64,000 nt of DNA from Candidatus Aminicenantes bacterium (GCA_963770755.1 CAVYQZ010000006.1:12509-76508), one strand, 5' to 3'; numbered from the stretch's first letter, positions 1-11,929 are shown. The notes: generated by a model from the sequence alone, not told the origin. Numbers and translations are program-made.

Positions 1-91
1 CCGCCGCCAGCCAGGCCGGTGATAAAACAAGGGCGAAGACGGCAGCGGCAAGCCGTTTTTTAAAATTGTTTCTGATGATCATTTTTTTCAT
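1..91 (-). CDS. 5' end of a secreted protein, running off the window
   Basis: ATG at 91 with a GGAGG RBS upstream; reads MKKMIIRNNFKKRLAAAVFALVLSPAWLAA, a signal-peptide-like sequence. Confidence 0.6.
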   Translation of the reverse strand, partial: MKKMIIRNNFKKRLAAAVFALVLSPAWLAA

Positions 92-230
92 TTTAACCTC
101 CGGTTTTAATATATTTTAAAATTAATTTTTATTAACAATAATTTTAATACTATTTGTCAAAGGGTCGTTTCAGCAATTTCCTGTACTTTTCAAAATAGAA
201 TTCAAGCATGAATTTTCCTATGGTTTATTC

Positions 231-1160
231 TCATTTAAAAAAGATATTTTCATTATGCCATTTCAAATATTCTGCTTTCGGCCATGAATCTGTGTTTTGC
301 GGCAACCGCAGTTTATTCCCTTGTAGCAAATAATAATCTTTGCCGTTTTCAAATTCCTCGCGGATACGTCGACTTACTTCCAGGTTGTATTCCGGTGTAA
401 AAGTTATATAGCCTTTATCTAGAAGTTTGTGAAGATCGGAGCGCAGCAGAATCCCATTGCTGATTTCGTGAGGTCCGTTCAAGCTGTAAGGTTTAATATG
501 GGCTGCTTCCAAAACTGGCAGAGTGCGTTCCTGGGTAATAGCGCAGCGGCGATTATAGACATCGGTGATTATAACCCGGAAACTGCCCTGACCGAGCCTT
601 GGCGTAATAGTCGTCGGCTGACCATATTGCTGAGTTGAATCACTTTGCGATTTTTGATCAAGAAAATAGTTCTGCCCCTGCAAGCGAATTCGGATATCTT
701 CCCACAATTTTGTCCCCAATTCATTTTCCGTATGGTAGGTTTTTCCCTGGACGATGCTCGGCTTCCAATCTGCAGGGACAGGAATCCATTCGTCTTCAGC
801 AAAGAAAAATGGTTGTTCTAATAGAATGCAACCTATTAAATAATCGTTACTCTGTGAGGAACTTTGCTTGCGATAAAATTCAATTCTGCGGCGCATTTCC
901 TTTATGGAATCAACTCCATTTTTTTCAGTAAACGAATCCCAGGCCAGACTAAGGGGCAAAATGTTGCTGTAAGCGAAAAAGCCGCCACCAACAATATAGT
1001 TGCGTGGAGCGTGGAGCTTGAATAGAAACATTTCGCCTTTTTTTAAAGCATTGAATTGTCGATTTCCTCCTGGTTGCCAGAAGTTGACTTCATCAATATT
1101 GGGTATGGAGATAAGCTTCCGATACCAATCAAAATCGGTAATCCCTACATAGATATTCAT
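231..1160 (-). CDS. HNH endonuclease with N-terminal PUA/EVE-like putative reader domain (type IV restriction-like)
   Basis: C-terminal RLGQGSFR..YNRRCAIT..LEAAHIKP..NGILLRSDLHKLLD is an HNH_2 pattern; the N-terminal fold assignment is an inference. Confidence 0.8.
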   Translation of the reverse strand: MNIYVGITDFDWYRKLISIPNIDEVNFWQPGGNRQFNALKKGEMFLFKLHAPRNYIVGGGFFAYSNILPLSLAWDSFTEKNGVDSIKEMRRRIEFYRKQSSSQSNDYLIGCILLEQPFFFAEDEWIPVPADWKPSIVQGKTYHTENELGTKLWEDIRIRLQGQNYFLDQKSQSDSTQQYGQPTTITPRLGQGSFRVIITDVYNRRCAITQERTLPVLEAAHIKPYSLNGPHEISNGILLRSDLHKLLDKGYITFTPEYNLEVSRRIREEFENGKDYYLLQGNKLRLPQNTDSWPKAEYLKWHNENIFFK

Positions 1161-1165
1161 TGATC

Positions 1166-2074
1166 TTAAGCTGATAGAAATCGCTTATATCTTACATCCA
1201 GCCTATCCCTATCTGGATAATCCGATTTATGTCTGGGGAATCTAATTTTATTCCCTTCCATAGCCTGCAAACCATATTTCAGCATAGGACCGTCTTTTTC
1301 ATCTAAAACGTCCTTTCTGACTTTTACTAAATAATCGGGGGAAATGCCGATAATATCACTATCATAGGCCGCGTGATGTATTTTACATAGAGCCAATCCG
1401 TTTGAAACGATTGGGTTACCTTCGAGTTCAGAATCAGCAATAATATGCGCGGCATCCAACAACTCGATGTGTTGTAAATTGCAGAGCGTACATTTGCGCT
1501 CATAGGCATCAAGGACAAATTCCCTGAATGCAATTTGATGCAAACGCTTTTTGGTTATAACTGTTATATATTTTCTCACACCAAGTTTTTCTTCGTGGTT
1601 TTTCTCGGCCACAAAAGTGGGTACATTTAATTCACCCGTTATTGAATAAACCGTATCAATAGCTACTCGAACACAAAGTTCTGATGGAACATCTTCAATT
1701 ATAAAAACCGGCCAAACTGCGACATACTTCCCCGGCTTGAAACTGCGAAAATAAGCAAGGGGGATTTTCTGTCTCATTGCCTCTCTTAAACCAGTATTAT
1801 CTCTATGATTCGAATCAGTCCCTCGATACTTATAGTTTAGTATGCCGTCTTCAGTCAATCCGTCAGCATACGGCCCCGAGGTTGTAGTGGTTATTGATAT
1901 TGGAGTTGAAAATCCTGCCGGAATCCATATCCCGGAAGGCCCCATGAGGGTGATTTTCTTTCCATTAATTGTAAACTTTGACTCCAACTGCTCCCTGGAA
2001 AAAACGCCTCCATTAAGCAAATCCTGTTCGTGAAGCCAGTCAAACAACTTCATACGTATCTCTTGTTCATTCAT
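1166..2074 (-). CDS. HNH endonuclease with N-terminal SRA-like domain
   Basis: CTLC..LDAAHII..NGLALCKIHHAAYD HNH motif; GIW..PYADG..YKYRG..DNTGLREAM resembles SRA. Confidence 0.8.
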   Translation of the reverse strand: MNEQEIRMKLFDWLHEQDLLNGGVFSREQLESKFTINGKKITLMGPSGIWIPAGFSTPISITTTTSGPYADGLTEDGILNYKYRGTDSNHRDNTGLREAMRQKIPLAYFRSFKPGKYVAVWPVFIIEDVPSELCVRVAIDTVYSITGELNVPTFVAEKNHEEKLGVRKYITVITKKRLHQIAFREFVLDAYERKCTLCNLQHIELLDAAHIIADSELEGNPIVSNGLALCKIHHAAYDSDIIGISPDYLVKVRKDVLDEKDGPMLKYGLQAMEGNKIRFPRHKSDYPDRDRLDVRYKRFLSA

Positions 2075-2089
2075 TGTGAACTTTGATAT

Positions 2090-3187
2090 TTACCCCATGG
2101 AAGGGTCCCAGGAAAACTTTCTAATGAGATGTGTGTGGTAATTCCATTTTTTCGTAAGAAACTGATAACGGCCAGCGACGATTCCCCGAGAAATGTTGAG
2201 CTCCTTTGCAATTTTTATAAGTTCCGTATCAGACTTGGCTTGGATGATCCGGGAATTAAATTTCTCTGGGATCAGAAATTCTCTAGCGAAATTATTTGCA
2301 TTTATTTCACGTGGATCGTCTGTGCTTCCATCATTGATCAGAAGATCTTTTTTACTGTCGTGCAATACATGCCCCGCTTCATGAAAAAAGGAGAACCAAA
2401 ACCGATCTTCCCCTTTGCCGCGCAGGCACAGAATGATCATGGCCTTGGTCGGAGTCAACCATTTCGTGGCGCCGTTCCAAGGCACTTTCGGCATTTCTTT
2501 GACAAATGCCAGTGCCACACCTGCAGCTGCGCACAAACGCAGCATCTCGGGCTCAAACGCATCGGGTTCCTTGCAGGTCAGGGATCGGATTTCTCGCAAA
2601 GCCATTTCGAATTTCGATTTATCATAAGCTTGACATTTGATTCTTTGAGCCTTCAGCTCGCCGATGCGTATCCAGGCCGAAGCGGAACCCGGATCGGTAT
2701 TAAAGCATGGAGATCGGCGTGCTGCCACTGCGGGCTTTTTCCATATTTTTTTCCAGGCATCGATATTGCTGACCCCATAAAAAGTAAGCACCTCTCGAAG
2801 CTGCAAAACAGAATCCTTTTGCGCTTGAATTACCTTGCGTTTGAGTAGTTCTTTGAGCGGAATCAGCTTTAGCCATTCCAGTCCTTCAGCCAGTCTCTTT
2901 TTTTCTTCCATTCTTTCCAACTGCTCTCGATACTGGGATTCCAGATTGTTCCAGAAGCGGGCGGGGACTCCGGTAACCAATTCAAGTCGGTTAGCGGTTT
3001 CATAAGTTATTGGTTGTACGCCTTTAAAAATTCGATTCAGTGTCTGCACGGTTAGAGAAGTCCTGAGGGCAAGCTCTTTCTGGCTCATGCCAAGGGATCT
3101 GCTCATTTCCTGGAGGGTCACTCCCGGCGGAACGGCATAATCTGGTTCAAAGTGTAATCTTTTCTTAATGCTCATGGTATGCCTCAT
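2090..3187 (-). CDS. higA: HigA-family XRE HTH antitoxin fused to an ImmA/IrrE metallopeptidase domain
   Basis: PPGVTL..MSQKELA..FWNNLESQY (HigA) followed by FFHEAGHV..EINANNFA (HExxH..E). Confidence 0.85.
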   Translation of the reverse strand: MRHTMSIKKRLHFEPDYAVPPGVTLQEMSRSLGMSQKELALRTSLTVQTLNRIFKGVQPITYETANRLELVTGVPARFWNNLESQYREQLERMEEKKRLAEGLEWLKLIPLKELLKRKVIQAQKDSVLQLREVLTFYGVSNIDAWKKIWKKPAVAARRSPCFNTDPGSASAWIRIGELKAQRIKCQAYDKSKFEMALREIRSLTCKEPDAFEPEMLRLCAAAGVALAFVKEMPKVPWNGATKWLTPTKAMIILCLRGKGEDRFWFSFFHEAGHVLHDSKKDLLINDGSTDDPREINANNFAREFLIPEKFNSRIIQAKSDTELIKIAKELNISRGIVAGRYQFLTKKWNYHTHLIRKFSWDPSMG

Positions 3188-3523
3188 TCAATGCGTATCC
3201 TCAATGGAGACAACCTCAATTTCAGTGACCAATCCCTTGTCAATACTTCCATCCGCTGTTTTCGGAAGAGGCTCGTTAACAGGCTTAAAAATCAACCGCA
3301 TGGGTTGCTCTAGATCAACGGAAAAATGCCCCTTATAATTGCCCGTCAATTCGTGGCAACGAGCCGGAGGCAAATGCGACATAATGGCAAGGCAATCTGC
3401 CGCTTGCAATTCCATCAACCTTTGCTTTAGTTTGCCAGCCATCCTGTCTCCATATTTTCGCTTCATCTCACGTTCCAAAGAACACTCCTTTCTCATTTTA
3501 TTCGTCTTAAATGTTAATAGCAT
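3188..3523 (-). CDS. higB: HigB/RelE-family toxin
   Basis: RCHELTGNYKGHFSVDLEQPMRLIF motif; abuts higA in toxin-first order. Confidence 0.85.
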   Translation of the reverse strand: MLLTFKTNKMRKECSLEREMKRKYGDRMAGKLKQRLMELQAADCLAIMSHLPPARCHELTGNYKGHFSVDLEQPMRLIFKPVNEPLPKTADGSIDKGLVTEIEVVSIEDTH

Positions 3524-3548
3524 CGTTTTTCTTAAATGTCAACAAATT

Positions 3549-3567
3549 ATTAACATATCGTGTTAAT
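3549..3567. promoter_or_regulatory. Palindromic operator, probable HigA site
   Basis: ATTAACA-tatcg-TGTTAAT, 25 bp upstream of the higB start. Confidence 0.5.
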
Positions 3568-3792
3568 TTAAATAAACTAGTGACCCTTGAAAAAGCCCCT
3601 TTACCATGATGGGTTACAATTTCCATAGATCCTGCCTCGAAGTCTCAAAATCAATTGCTAAAGCCTTCACTTTTTTAAAGGCATACCAACGAAAAATTGG
3701 ATTGAAAAATCGCACTTCTCTCCGTTTTCTTTTGATACCATATACTCTTCGAGGAAAAAAGAATCAATACTGGCCTGAATTAAATAAAGTAT

Positions 3793-4618
3793 TCAACAGG
3801 CATAGCAGTAGAGGCAGCCGTGGCGGCAGGTGCCGTAGCTGCCGATGTCCACGCTCTGCTGGCACAGGCACAATTTTCTTTGCCCGGGGTCCTTGCGATA
3901 GGAAAGTCGCAAACCGAACAGCTCGTTCAGCAATTCTTCGTCCACGCACTTGCCGGGTTTCACCTCCGCTGCATGAGCCGCCTCGGCGCAGCTCTGGATT
4001 TCGATCCCAATCCGGGCGGCCGCGGCGGCAAAGCGCGCCAGCAGTTCAAGCTGCCGGGCCGGGCTGCCGCTTGCCGTCTGCATGTCGATCCCGGCCTTTG
4101 CCAGGCGCTTGCCGACCTTGGGATAGGGATCGAAAAAACTGACGATGACGCGCGCTGTGAACGGGACCAGTCGATGCGGCCAGCCTGGAAAAATTATGCG
4201 ACATGAAAATCGAAATCGGTTTGCTCCGTGAAGATCACCGGGTCATAGCGCCAGATGACGCGGCGCCGGCCGATGCGCGTCGGCCAATGCTCCGAAAAAA
4301 GTGACCGCATCCTCGATCGGCCGGGGTGAGCAGGCTCCAGCAGCCGCGGGATAGCCGGTGACCGTGAGCAGGAAATAGTACGGGAAGCCGCCGTCGATCG
4401 ATCTCGGGCAGGTATGGCAGGAACGGCCGCGGATCGCGGCTCCAGAAAACAAAGGCAGCGACATCCTTTTTTTTCAGGCTGACCGTTCTGGAACGGGCAG
4501 GGCGGAAGGGATTTCCGACTGTGACTTCGCCGCGGCGCAGATGCTCCATGAACCAGGAGCCGTGAAAAGCCGGGATATCGCTGCGCCGGGAAGCACTGAC
4601 GATCATTGGTTTCCCCAT
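3793..4618 (-). pseudogene. DUF1848 family protein, frameshifted (pseudogene or assembly indels)
   Basis: IVSASRRSDIPAF..FWSRDP at the N-terminus and CLCQQSVDIGSYGTCRHGCLYCYA at the C-terminus lie in different frames. Confidence 0.75.
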
Positions 4619-4641
4619 GAAAACGCCGGCGGGTCGCAACG

Positions 4642-6171
4642 CTAATGGCCGCTTTTTTTCAGCTGCAGCAATTCCGCGCTTTGCGGAAATTTACGCAGCG
4701 CCAGGGTCATGGTTTTCCTGAATTTCTCCCATTGCTTCCAGGCCTGATAAATTTTAATCTTGAGCAAGAAATTATCCGGGTTCTCTTTTAAAAACAGGGC
4801 ACTTTGGGCATAAACCTCAGCCTGGGCATAGTTATGTTTCTGCAGGTAAAGCAGGGCCAGCAAATGGTGGTTTTCATTCAGAAACGGATTGACTTCCATG
4901 GCTTCTTCCGCTTTTTGCATGGCGCCGCTGAAATCATTTTCCAGAAAAAGATTTCTGGCCTCAATGTAAAAGGTGTTGCTGTCCGTTTGCATTCCTGGTA
5001 ATGAACTCACCTGGAAGGGATTCTTCATCAGCGGCTGCATGGGCAGGGCCTCCTCGCCCTGGGTGAGCGGCGGCAGCAGATTGCGGAAAGCCTGAGCCAG
5101 CAATTCCCGGTTTTCATTGGCGGCCAGAAAAATGGAAAATTGTCCGAGTAATTTTTCATCTCCCGGAAACCTTTGCAGGGCGCGGTTCAATTCCTCCGCG
5201 GCGCGGCTGCCTTGACCCATGGCGTGCAGCAATACGACCATGTTGCTGAAAATTTCCGGATCCTTTTTCAAATACAGGGCGTATTGCAGGCACTTTTCCG
5301 CAGTCGGATAATCGCCTTTCTGCAGGTAAATGACTCCCAGGTTGTTGTTGGTGGCCACGGCGTAGATGTTCTGCCGCTGCAGGCGAATGAACTGGTTCAA
5401 TCCCATGTCGATGTAGCCGTAGGCAAAATTGATCAGCGCCGAAAGAAATTCTTTTTTGTACTTGAAAAGAGAATCGGTTTTGACGCGGTTTAAAAAGGAT
5501 TCGCTGTTGGCGAGGTCATTTTTTTCAAGGTAAATTTTTGCCAGTTCAAAATTAATAAAATTGGATGACTGGCCGGTTTCTTTAATGGACAGCAGCAGCT
5601 CCAGTTTTTTGCCGCTGTCAAGGACCAGCAGGCTCTTGATGAATTTCTCATAATCAGGCAGCGTCATGTTTAACTCGGGGAAACGGATCGCCGTCTTTTC
5701 AGGGGCGATCACCTTGATGATTTCTTTAAGCAATTCCTCCTGGATTTGATAAATATTCCTCAAGTTCCCTTTGAGCAACGGCAAATGTTTCTGCACCCGG
5801 CCTTTGAGATCGATTAAAAAAACCTTGATCGCTATCTGGCTGGAACTTTTACCGCTGTATAAAATCTCGCCCCAAAGCAGTCGTTCGGCTTGACTTTCCC
5901 GGGCCAGAACCATGGCCGTGGCCTTGGTGATGTCGAAAGGAAAACGGACCAGGTTACGGTTCATGGCAAGCTGGGACTCCGCATCGTCCATGACCGGCAT
6001 GTTGTTCAGCGCCAGGCCGGAAAGTATGTAATTGGCGAATGCTTTTCCCAGCCATTGGTATGACGCGTGGTTCTGAGTGTCCACCTTGAGCGGCAGCACC
6101 ATGATTTGGGCCGTCAGGACGGCCGCGCACAGAATGCCGCTGATCAGGGTGATATTTTTTTTCATGGTCAT
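4642..6171 (-). CDS. Secreted TPR protein with TolB-N/FlgO-like N-terminal domain
   Basis: Signal peptide; NNLGVIYLQKGDYPTAEKCL-type TPR repeats. Confidence 0.75.
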   Translation of the reverse strand: MTMKKNITLISGILCAAVLTAQIMVLPLKVDTQNHASYQWLGKAFANYILSGLALNNMPVMDDAESQLAMNRNLVRFPFDITKATAMVLARESQAERLLWGEILYSGKSSSQIAIKVFLIDLKGRVQKHLPLLKGNLRNIYQIQEELLKEIIKVIAPEKTAIRFPELNMTLPDYEKFIKSLLVLDSGKKLELLLSIKETGQSSNFINFELAKIYLEKNDLANSESFLNRVKTDSLFKYKKEFLSALINFAYGYIDMGLNQFIRLQRQNIYAVATNNNLGVIYLQKGDYPTAEKCLQYALYLKKDPEIFSNMVVLLHAMGQGSRAAEELNRALQRFPGDEKLLGQFSIFLAANENRELLAQAFRNLLPPLTQGEEALPMQPLMKNPFQVSSLPGMQTDSNTFYIEARNLFLENDFSGAMQKAEEAMEVNPFLNENHHLLALLYLQKHNYAQAEVYAQSALFLKENPDNFLLKIKIYQAWKQWEKFRKTMTLALRKFPQSAELLQLKKSGH

Positions 6172-7841
6172 TTTTCCTGCAGTATATTGACCAGGTCGCG
6201 TAAAAAAAGCACCCCGGTCAGCTCTGGTTTTCCGGCGCCCTCCAGTCTGAAAGCAAACGCATAGCGGGGTTTTTGGGCGGGGAAAAACCCGATGACCAGT
6301 GCGTCGAAACCATAGCGGCGGTCTCCGGCGGTTCCGGTTTTAACGGCCAGGTCGGCTGAAGCGGACCTGGCGCGGTAGCTGGTGCCGTTTTTATCATTCA
6401 CCGTGGCCCGCATGGCTTTTTTAACATGCCTGAAATTCATATCGTCGCTCAACAGGCGCAGCGGCCGGGAAGTGTGGCTATAGTAGCCGAGATAGAGAAG
6501 GCTTTTGGCGTCTTCGATGAGATAGGGTGGGAACAACAGGCCGTTTTGTGAAAAAACGGCCGCCAGCATGGCGGCATGAATCGTGGTCAGGGAGATTTCG
6601 CCGATACCGACGGCCAGTTTGGCCAGTGCGAAATCTTGGCTCAATTCCCTGTTGAAGGTACCGGTACGGAATGTCAGGAACCAGTCCTGAAACGGCCGGG
6701 AATTGAAATGAAAAAGTTCCAGCATGGCGGCCAGTCGCTTGGAACCGACCTGCAGCCCCATTCTGGCAAAGCTGAGATTGCAGGACACGGCCAGCGCTGT
6801 GGAATAATCTTTAACGCGCTGGTGGGCTTTCCAGTCATAAAAAATTTTTCCTCCCAGGGCCATGTGCCCCGAGCAGTCGTAAGGGAATAAGCCCTGTTCA
6901 TCCTGGCGCAAATAAGCCAGCAATGAAACGATCTTGACGATTGATCCGGGTTCATAGGCTTCGGAAAAAACGGCATTGGCGAGGCTGGGGGAGCGGGGTT
7001 TCGAATAAGCGGCCAGGATACTGTTTTGCGGCAGGTTTAAAACGACCAGGGTTCCGAAAAAATCAGTAAAAAGACGGTCGATCTTATTCTGCAGCCCGGC
7101 ATCCAGGGTCAGTTGGAAATAACTCAGGCCTTTTTTCAATTGCCGGTCAAAGTCACCCAGGTCCAATCCCGGCAGCATGGAGCGGGTCTTTTGCCTGTGG
7201 ACATCAAAATAGGCCAGCGCCGTACCGTTTTTGTCAAAAACGTAATCGAAACGCCCACGGCGCAGGTCGGCGTTGACTCTGCCAAGGAGCGCCAGGGCCT
7301 TGGCATGGCTCTGGCGGAAGTCCGCGGACAGCCTGGCCGTGGCTTTTTCGGATTCGGCGCCGTTAAAAAAAGCGGACTGAACCAAGGCATAGAACCACGT
7401 GTTTTCATCGCCGCCCCGCGGCAGCAGGTAATCGGTATAGATTTTCAGCTTGTGGTATTCGCCACGATCCAGAAAATATTTTTGAAAGCGGCCGGAACGC
7501 AGCGATGTCGCGGCCCGCCGGCGCTTGAGCTCGTCGAAGCGCGTCTGAGCCCGGGGCAGGCGGTCTCCAACCAGATCGCTCAAAGCCCGCAGCTCCCGGA
7601 ACTGGGCGCGTAAAAATAATGCCGATGCCGACGCGTCAATTTTTTTTTCAGCCTCGCTGACGCGGCCGCCGAGCAGCAAGTCCTGGATTTTTGCGGAGGC
7701 GATGCTGACGCGCAGATAACGGTAACCGCAAAAAACAGCGCCCAGCGCCAGGACCAGCAGGACGAGTTTCAGTCTTTGCCGCCGCCGCCGCAGCTTTCTT
7801 TTTTGAAACGAAAAAGCCACATCCTTGTAATCGAGGACCAT
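6168..7841 (-). CDS. Penicillin-binding transpeptidase domain protein
   Basis: N-terminal TM helix; EPGSIVK (SxxK), SCN (SxN), KTGT. Confidence 0.85.
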   Translation of the reverse strand: MVLDYKDVAFSFQKRKLRRRRQRLKLVLLVLALGAVFCGYRYLRVSIASAKIQDLLLGGRVSEAEKKIDASASALFLRAQFRELRALSDLVGDRLPRAQTRFDELKRRRAATSLRSGRFQKYFLDRGEYHKLKIYTDYLLPRGGDENTWFYALVQSAFFNGAESEKATARLSADFRQSHAKALALLGRVNADLRRGRFDYVFDKNGTALAYFDVHRQKTRSMLPGLDLGDFDRQLKKGLSYFQLTLDAGLQNKIDRLFTDFFGTLVVLNLPQNSILAAYSKPRSPSLANAVFSEAYEPGSIVKIVSLLAYLRQDEQGLFPYDCSGHMALGGKIFYDWKAHQRVKDYSTALAVSCNLSFARMGLQVGSKRLAAMLELFHFNSRPFQDWFLTFRTGTFNRELSQDFALAKLAVGIGEISLTTIHAAMLAAVFSQNGLLFPPYLIEDAKSLLYLGYYSHTSRPLRLLSDDMNFRHVKKAMRATVNDKNGTSYRARSASADLAVKTGTAGDRRYGFDALVIGFFPAQKPRYAFAFRLEGAGKPELTGVLFLRDLVNILQEK

Positions 7842-7888
7842 CAGCTTTTCGCTTCCCGGCGGAATGGATTCATTACCCGGCTCATGGT

Positions 7889-9076
7889 TTAATCGCTTTG
7901 GCGCAAATAGGCTTCGATTTTATCTAACCCTGCCGTGATGTCCTTTATGGAAGTGGCATAAGAAATACGCATATAACCGGGAGCGCCGAAGGCTGACCCC
8001 GGTACCAGGATGATGTTTAACTTTTCAAGGATGTCCATAGCCAGCTGGTTGTCATCCTTGAAATTCTTTTTGGCGATATCGTAAGAAAAATCAGCGAAGA
8101 AATAAAAAGCGCCGTCGGGCATGACGTAGGTAATGTGGCCGATCTCGTCGATGCGTTGGGCAAAATAGTCACGCCGCCGGCGGTATTCGTCCACCATGGC
8201 CTGCACCGCACTCTGGTCACCGCCCAGGGCTTCCACGGCCGCTTTCTGTGAGATCGAGCAGGGATTGGAAGTCGAATGTTCCTGGATCTTGGTCATGGCT
8301 GCGGCCAGTGTTTCCGGGACAATGGCATAGCCGATGCGCCATCCGGTCATGGCGAAGGTCTTGGACAGGGAACTAACTACGGCGACCATGTCCCGGGCTT
8401 CCGGAACCAGGTTTATGGGCGAAGGGTAATCCGTGTTGGTATAGATGATCTTCCGGTAGCAGTCATCGACAATCGTCAGCACGTTTTTTTTATTGAAAAA
8501 ATCGATCACCTGCCGCAATTCTTCCCGGTTCATGATTTTGCCGGTGGGATTGGAAGGCGAATTGATGATCACGGCTTTGGTTTTGGCGCTGAACCGGGAC
8601 ATGTAGGAATCGGCGGTCAGTTCGAAAAGCTTGCCCGGCTGCAAGTGGTCGGCGTAGATCGCCTGGCCGCCGCAGAATTTAACCATTTCCGGATAAGATA
8701 CCCAATAGGGCCGCGGGACGATCACCTCGTCGCCGGAATTAATCAAGGCCTGCAGCAGCAGGAAGAGGCTGTACTTGCTGCCGGGGGAAACCAGGATCTG
8801 CTTTTCCGTGGCGGCAACCGCCTGTTCCTGGCGGTAGGCTTGCTGTATGGCCTTCTTTAATTCAGCGATTCCCGAAGTCGGGGTATACTTGGTAAAATTG
8901 TTTTGAATGGCGGCGATCCCGGCATTTTTAATATTTTCCGGGGTAGGGAAGTCCGGTTCACCGGCTCCGAAATCAAGGATCATTTTGCCCTGGGCTTGCA
9001 GCTGATTCTTGATCTGCACCAGTTTTAGCGTCGGTGAGCTGGTCATGGTTTGAACGCGTTCAGATAATTGGATCAT
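7889..9076 (-). CDS. aspC: PLP-dependent aspartate aminotransferase (class I/II)
   Basis: GEPDF, NSPSNPTG, SLSKTFAMTGWRIGY; start placed at MIQLSE (9076) behind GGAGG. Confidence 0.9.
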   Translation of the reverse strand: MIQLSERVQTMTSSPTLKLVQIKNQLQAQGKMILDFGAGEPDFPTPENIKNAGIAAIQNNFTKYTPTSGIAELKKAIQQAYRQEQAVAATEKQILVSPGSKYSLFLLLQALINSGDEVIVPRPYWVSYPEMVKFCGGQAIYADHLQPGKLFELTADSYMSRFSAKTKAVIINSPSNPTGKIMNREELRQVIDFFNKKNVLTIVDDCYRKIIYTNTDYPSPINLVPEARDMVAVVSSLSKTFAMTGWRIGYAIVPETLAAAMTKIQEHSTSNPCSISQKAAVEALGGDQSAVQAMVDEYRRRRDYFAQRIDEIGHITYVMPDGAFYFFADFSYDIAKKNFKDDNQLAMDILEKLNIILVPGSAFGAPGYMRISYATSIKDITAGLDKIEAYLRQSD

Positions 9077-9647
9077 TTTTTCCTCCACATACTTGCTTTT
9101 CAACAGTTTCGGCCATGATGTGCAACAAAAAAAGGTGCATTTCCTGGATGGTCGGCGTGTCCACGGCATCTACAGCGATCAGGATGTCCACCGGGACCGC
9201 CTGAAGCGTCTCAACCCAACTGCCGGCCAGTGCGATGGTCAGGGCTCCTTTTTCCCGGGCCGCGGCGAAAGCCTGGATAACATTGGCCGAGTTGCCGCTG
9301 GTGGTGATGCCCAGCGCCACATCGCCCCGGACGGCAAAAGCTTCCACCTGCCTGGAAAAAACAAAACGAAAATCTTCGTCATTGGCAATGGAAGTGATGT
9401 TGGCCATGTCGGCGCCCAGGGCCAGCGCCGGCAGGGCCCGGCGGCGGAAGTAAAACTTGTTGACCAACTCGGCGGCGAAATGCGAGGATTGGGTGGCTGA
9501 ACCGCCGTTGCCGAAGACCAAAATTTTATTCCCGGCGCTGAGCGCTTCTACCATGGCGGCGATGGCGCGCCGGACGTGAGGATCTTCATTCAATGCGGCA
9601 AGCAAGTGAGCGCGTTGCCGTATTTTTTCGGCATCAATAATTTTCAT
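9060..9647 (-). CDS. gmhA: Phosphoheptose isomerase (SIS domain)
   Basis: GNGGS, HFAAEL, SRQVEA, TTSGNS, IQEMH. Confidence 0.9.
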   Translation of the reverse strand: MKIIDAEKIRQRAHLLAALNEDPHVRRAIAAMVEALSAGNKILVFGNGGSATQSSHFAAELVNKFYFRRRALPALALGADMANITSIANDEDFRFVFSRQVEAFAVRGDVALGITTSGNSANVIQAFAAAREKGALTIALAGSWVETLQAVPVDILIAVDAVDTPTIQEMHLFLLHIMAETVEKQVCGGKNDPII

Positions 9648-9735
9648 GGTTTTTATCCTGGCCCAGCAGAGCTGGATAAGAGCCTTAGATAATAAATTTT
9701 CTTTGCTAAAAGCGCAGAAAATTTATTATAAGGCT

Positions 9736-10440
9736 CTAATAAATTTTGTGCTGCAAATTTTGTATCCATTCTTTCAACTCGCTTTCCTGGAGGCCGGTCA
9801 TGCTCAAGGGGCTGAACAGTTCAATATCCACGGTTCCCGGCTTGATGAGTATCCGGCCCGGCGGCAGCAGCTGGTGGCTGCCGGAAATTTTTATCGGCAA
9901 TACCGGCACGCCGGCTTGCAGGGCCATCTTGAAGCCGCCTTTTTTAAAATTCTGCCCGAGCCCGTCCTTGCTGCGCGTTCCTTCGGGAAAAACCAGGAAC
10001 GAGTAATGTTTTTTTTTTATCTTTTCGACCGCTTCATTCAGCGCTTCATGCCTGCGCGGCGGGTTTTTTCGGTCCACGAAGACAAAATCGGCCAGCTTCA
10101 GCGCCAGACCGATCAGGGGAATTCTCCGGGTTTCGCTCTTGATCAAGGCTCGCGGCTGGCAAGTCAGGACACTGTACAGCAGGGGGCCGTCCAGATTCGA
10201 CAAATGGTTGCATATCAGCACCATGGGTCGGGAAAAATCGATCAAGGCCAGCCCGTGCACCCGCGTTTTGACCCTGGTGATGGCCAGCATCATTTTGAAT
10301 ACGCGCCGGGAGAGCACGTAAAGGAATTTATCATTGCCGCAAAGGCCGCTGACGATCAGGACCGGAATATAGAGCAGGATAATCAGCGACAAGACAAGCA
10401 GATAAGCCGGGATGTTTCTTAACAAGTACATTGCTTTCAT
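9736..10440 (-). CDS. plsC: 1-acyl-sn-glycerol-3-phosphate acyltransferase
   Basis: NHLSNLD (HxxxxD) and FPEGTRS motifs. Confidence 0.9.
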   Translation of the reverse strand: MKAMYLLRNIPAYLLVLSLIILLYIPVLIVSGLCGNDKFLYVLSRRVFKMMLAITRVKTRVHGLALIDFSRPMVLICNHLSNLDGPLLYSVLTCQPRALIKSETRRIPLIGLALKLADFVFVDRKNPPRRHEALNEAVEKIKKKHYSFLVFPEGTRSKDGLGQNFKKGGFKMALQAGVPVLPIKISGSHQLLPPGRILIKPGTVDIELFSPLSMTGLQESELKEWIQNLQHKIY

Positions 10441-10476
10441 TAATAATTTTTTTTCCGCTGTTTGTCAAGAAAATAG

Positions 10477-10506
10477 TTGACATTTCAGGAATTATTGGTT
10501 GATAAT
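10477..10506 (+). promoter_or_regulatory. Putative sigma70 promoter of gdhA
   Basis: TTGACA-18 nt-GATAAT. Confidence 0.45.
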
Positions 10507-10573
10507 ATAATTTCTTTTAAACATCCAAAAAAAACAAGCAGGATGATTTAAAATTTAGCCAAGGAGATAAACC

Positions 10574-11929
<1,356 letters not shown>

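Noticed and set aside
157-3590. Possible inverted ends of the defence island (tcaaagggtcg and the reverse complement of gtgacccttga)
   Set aside because: The match is short and gapped with no target duplication, so it could be chance.
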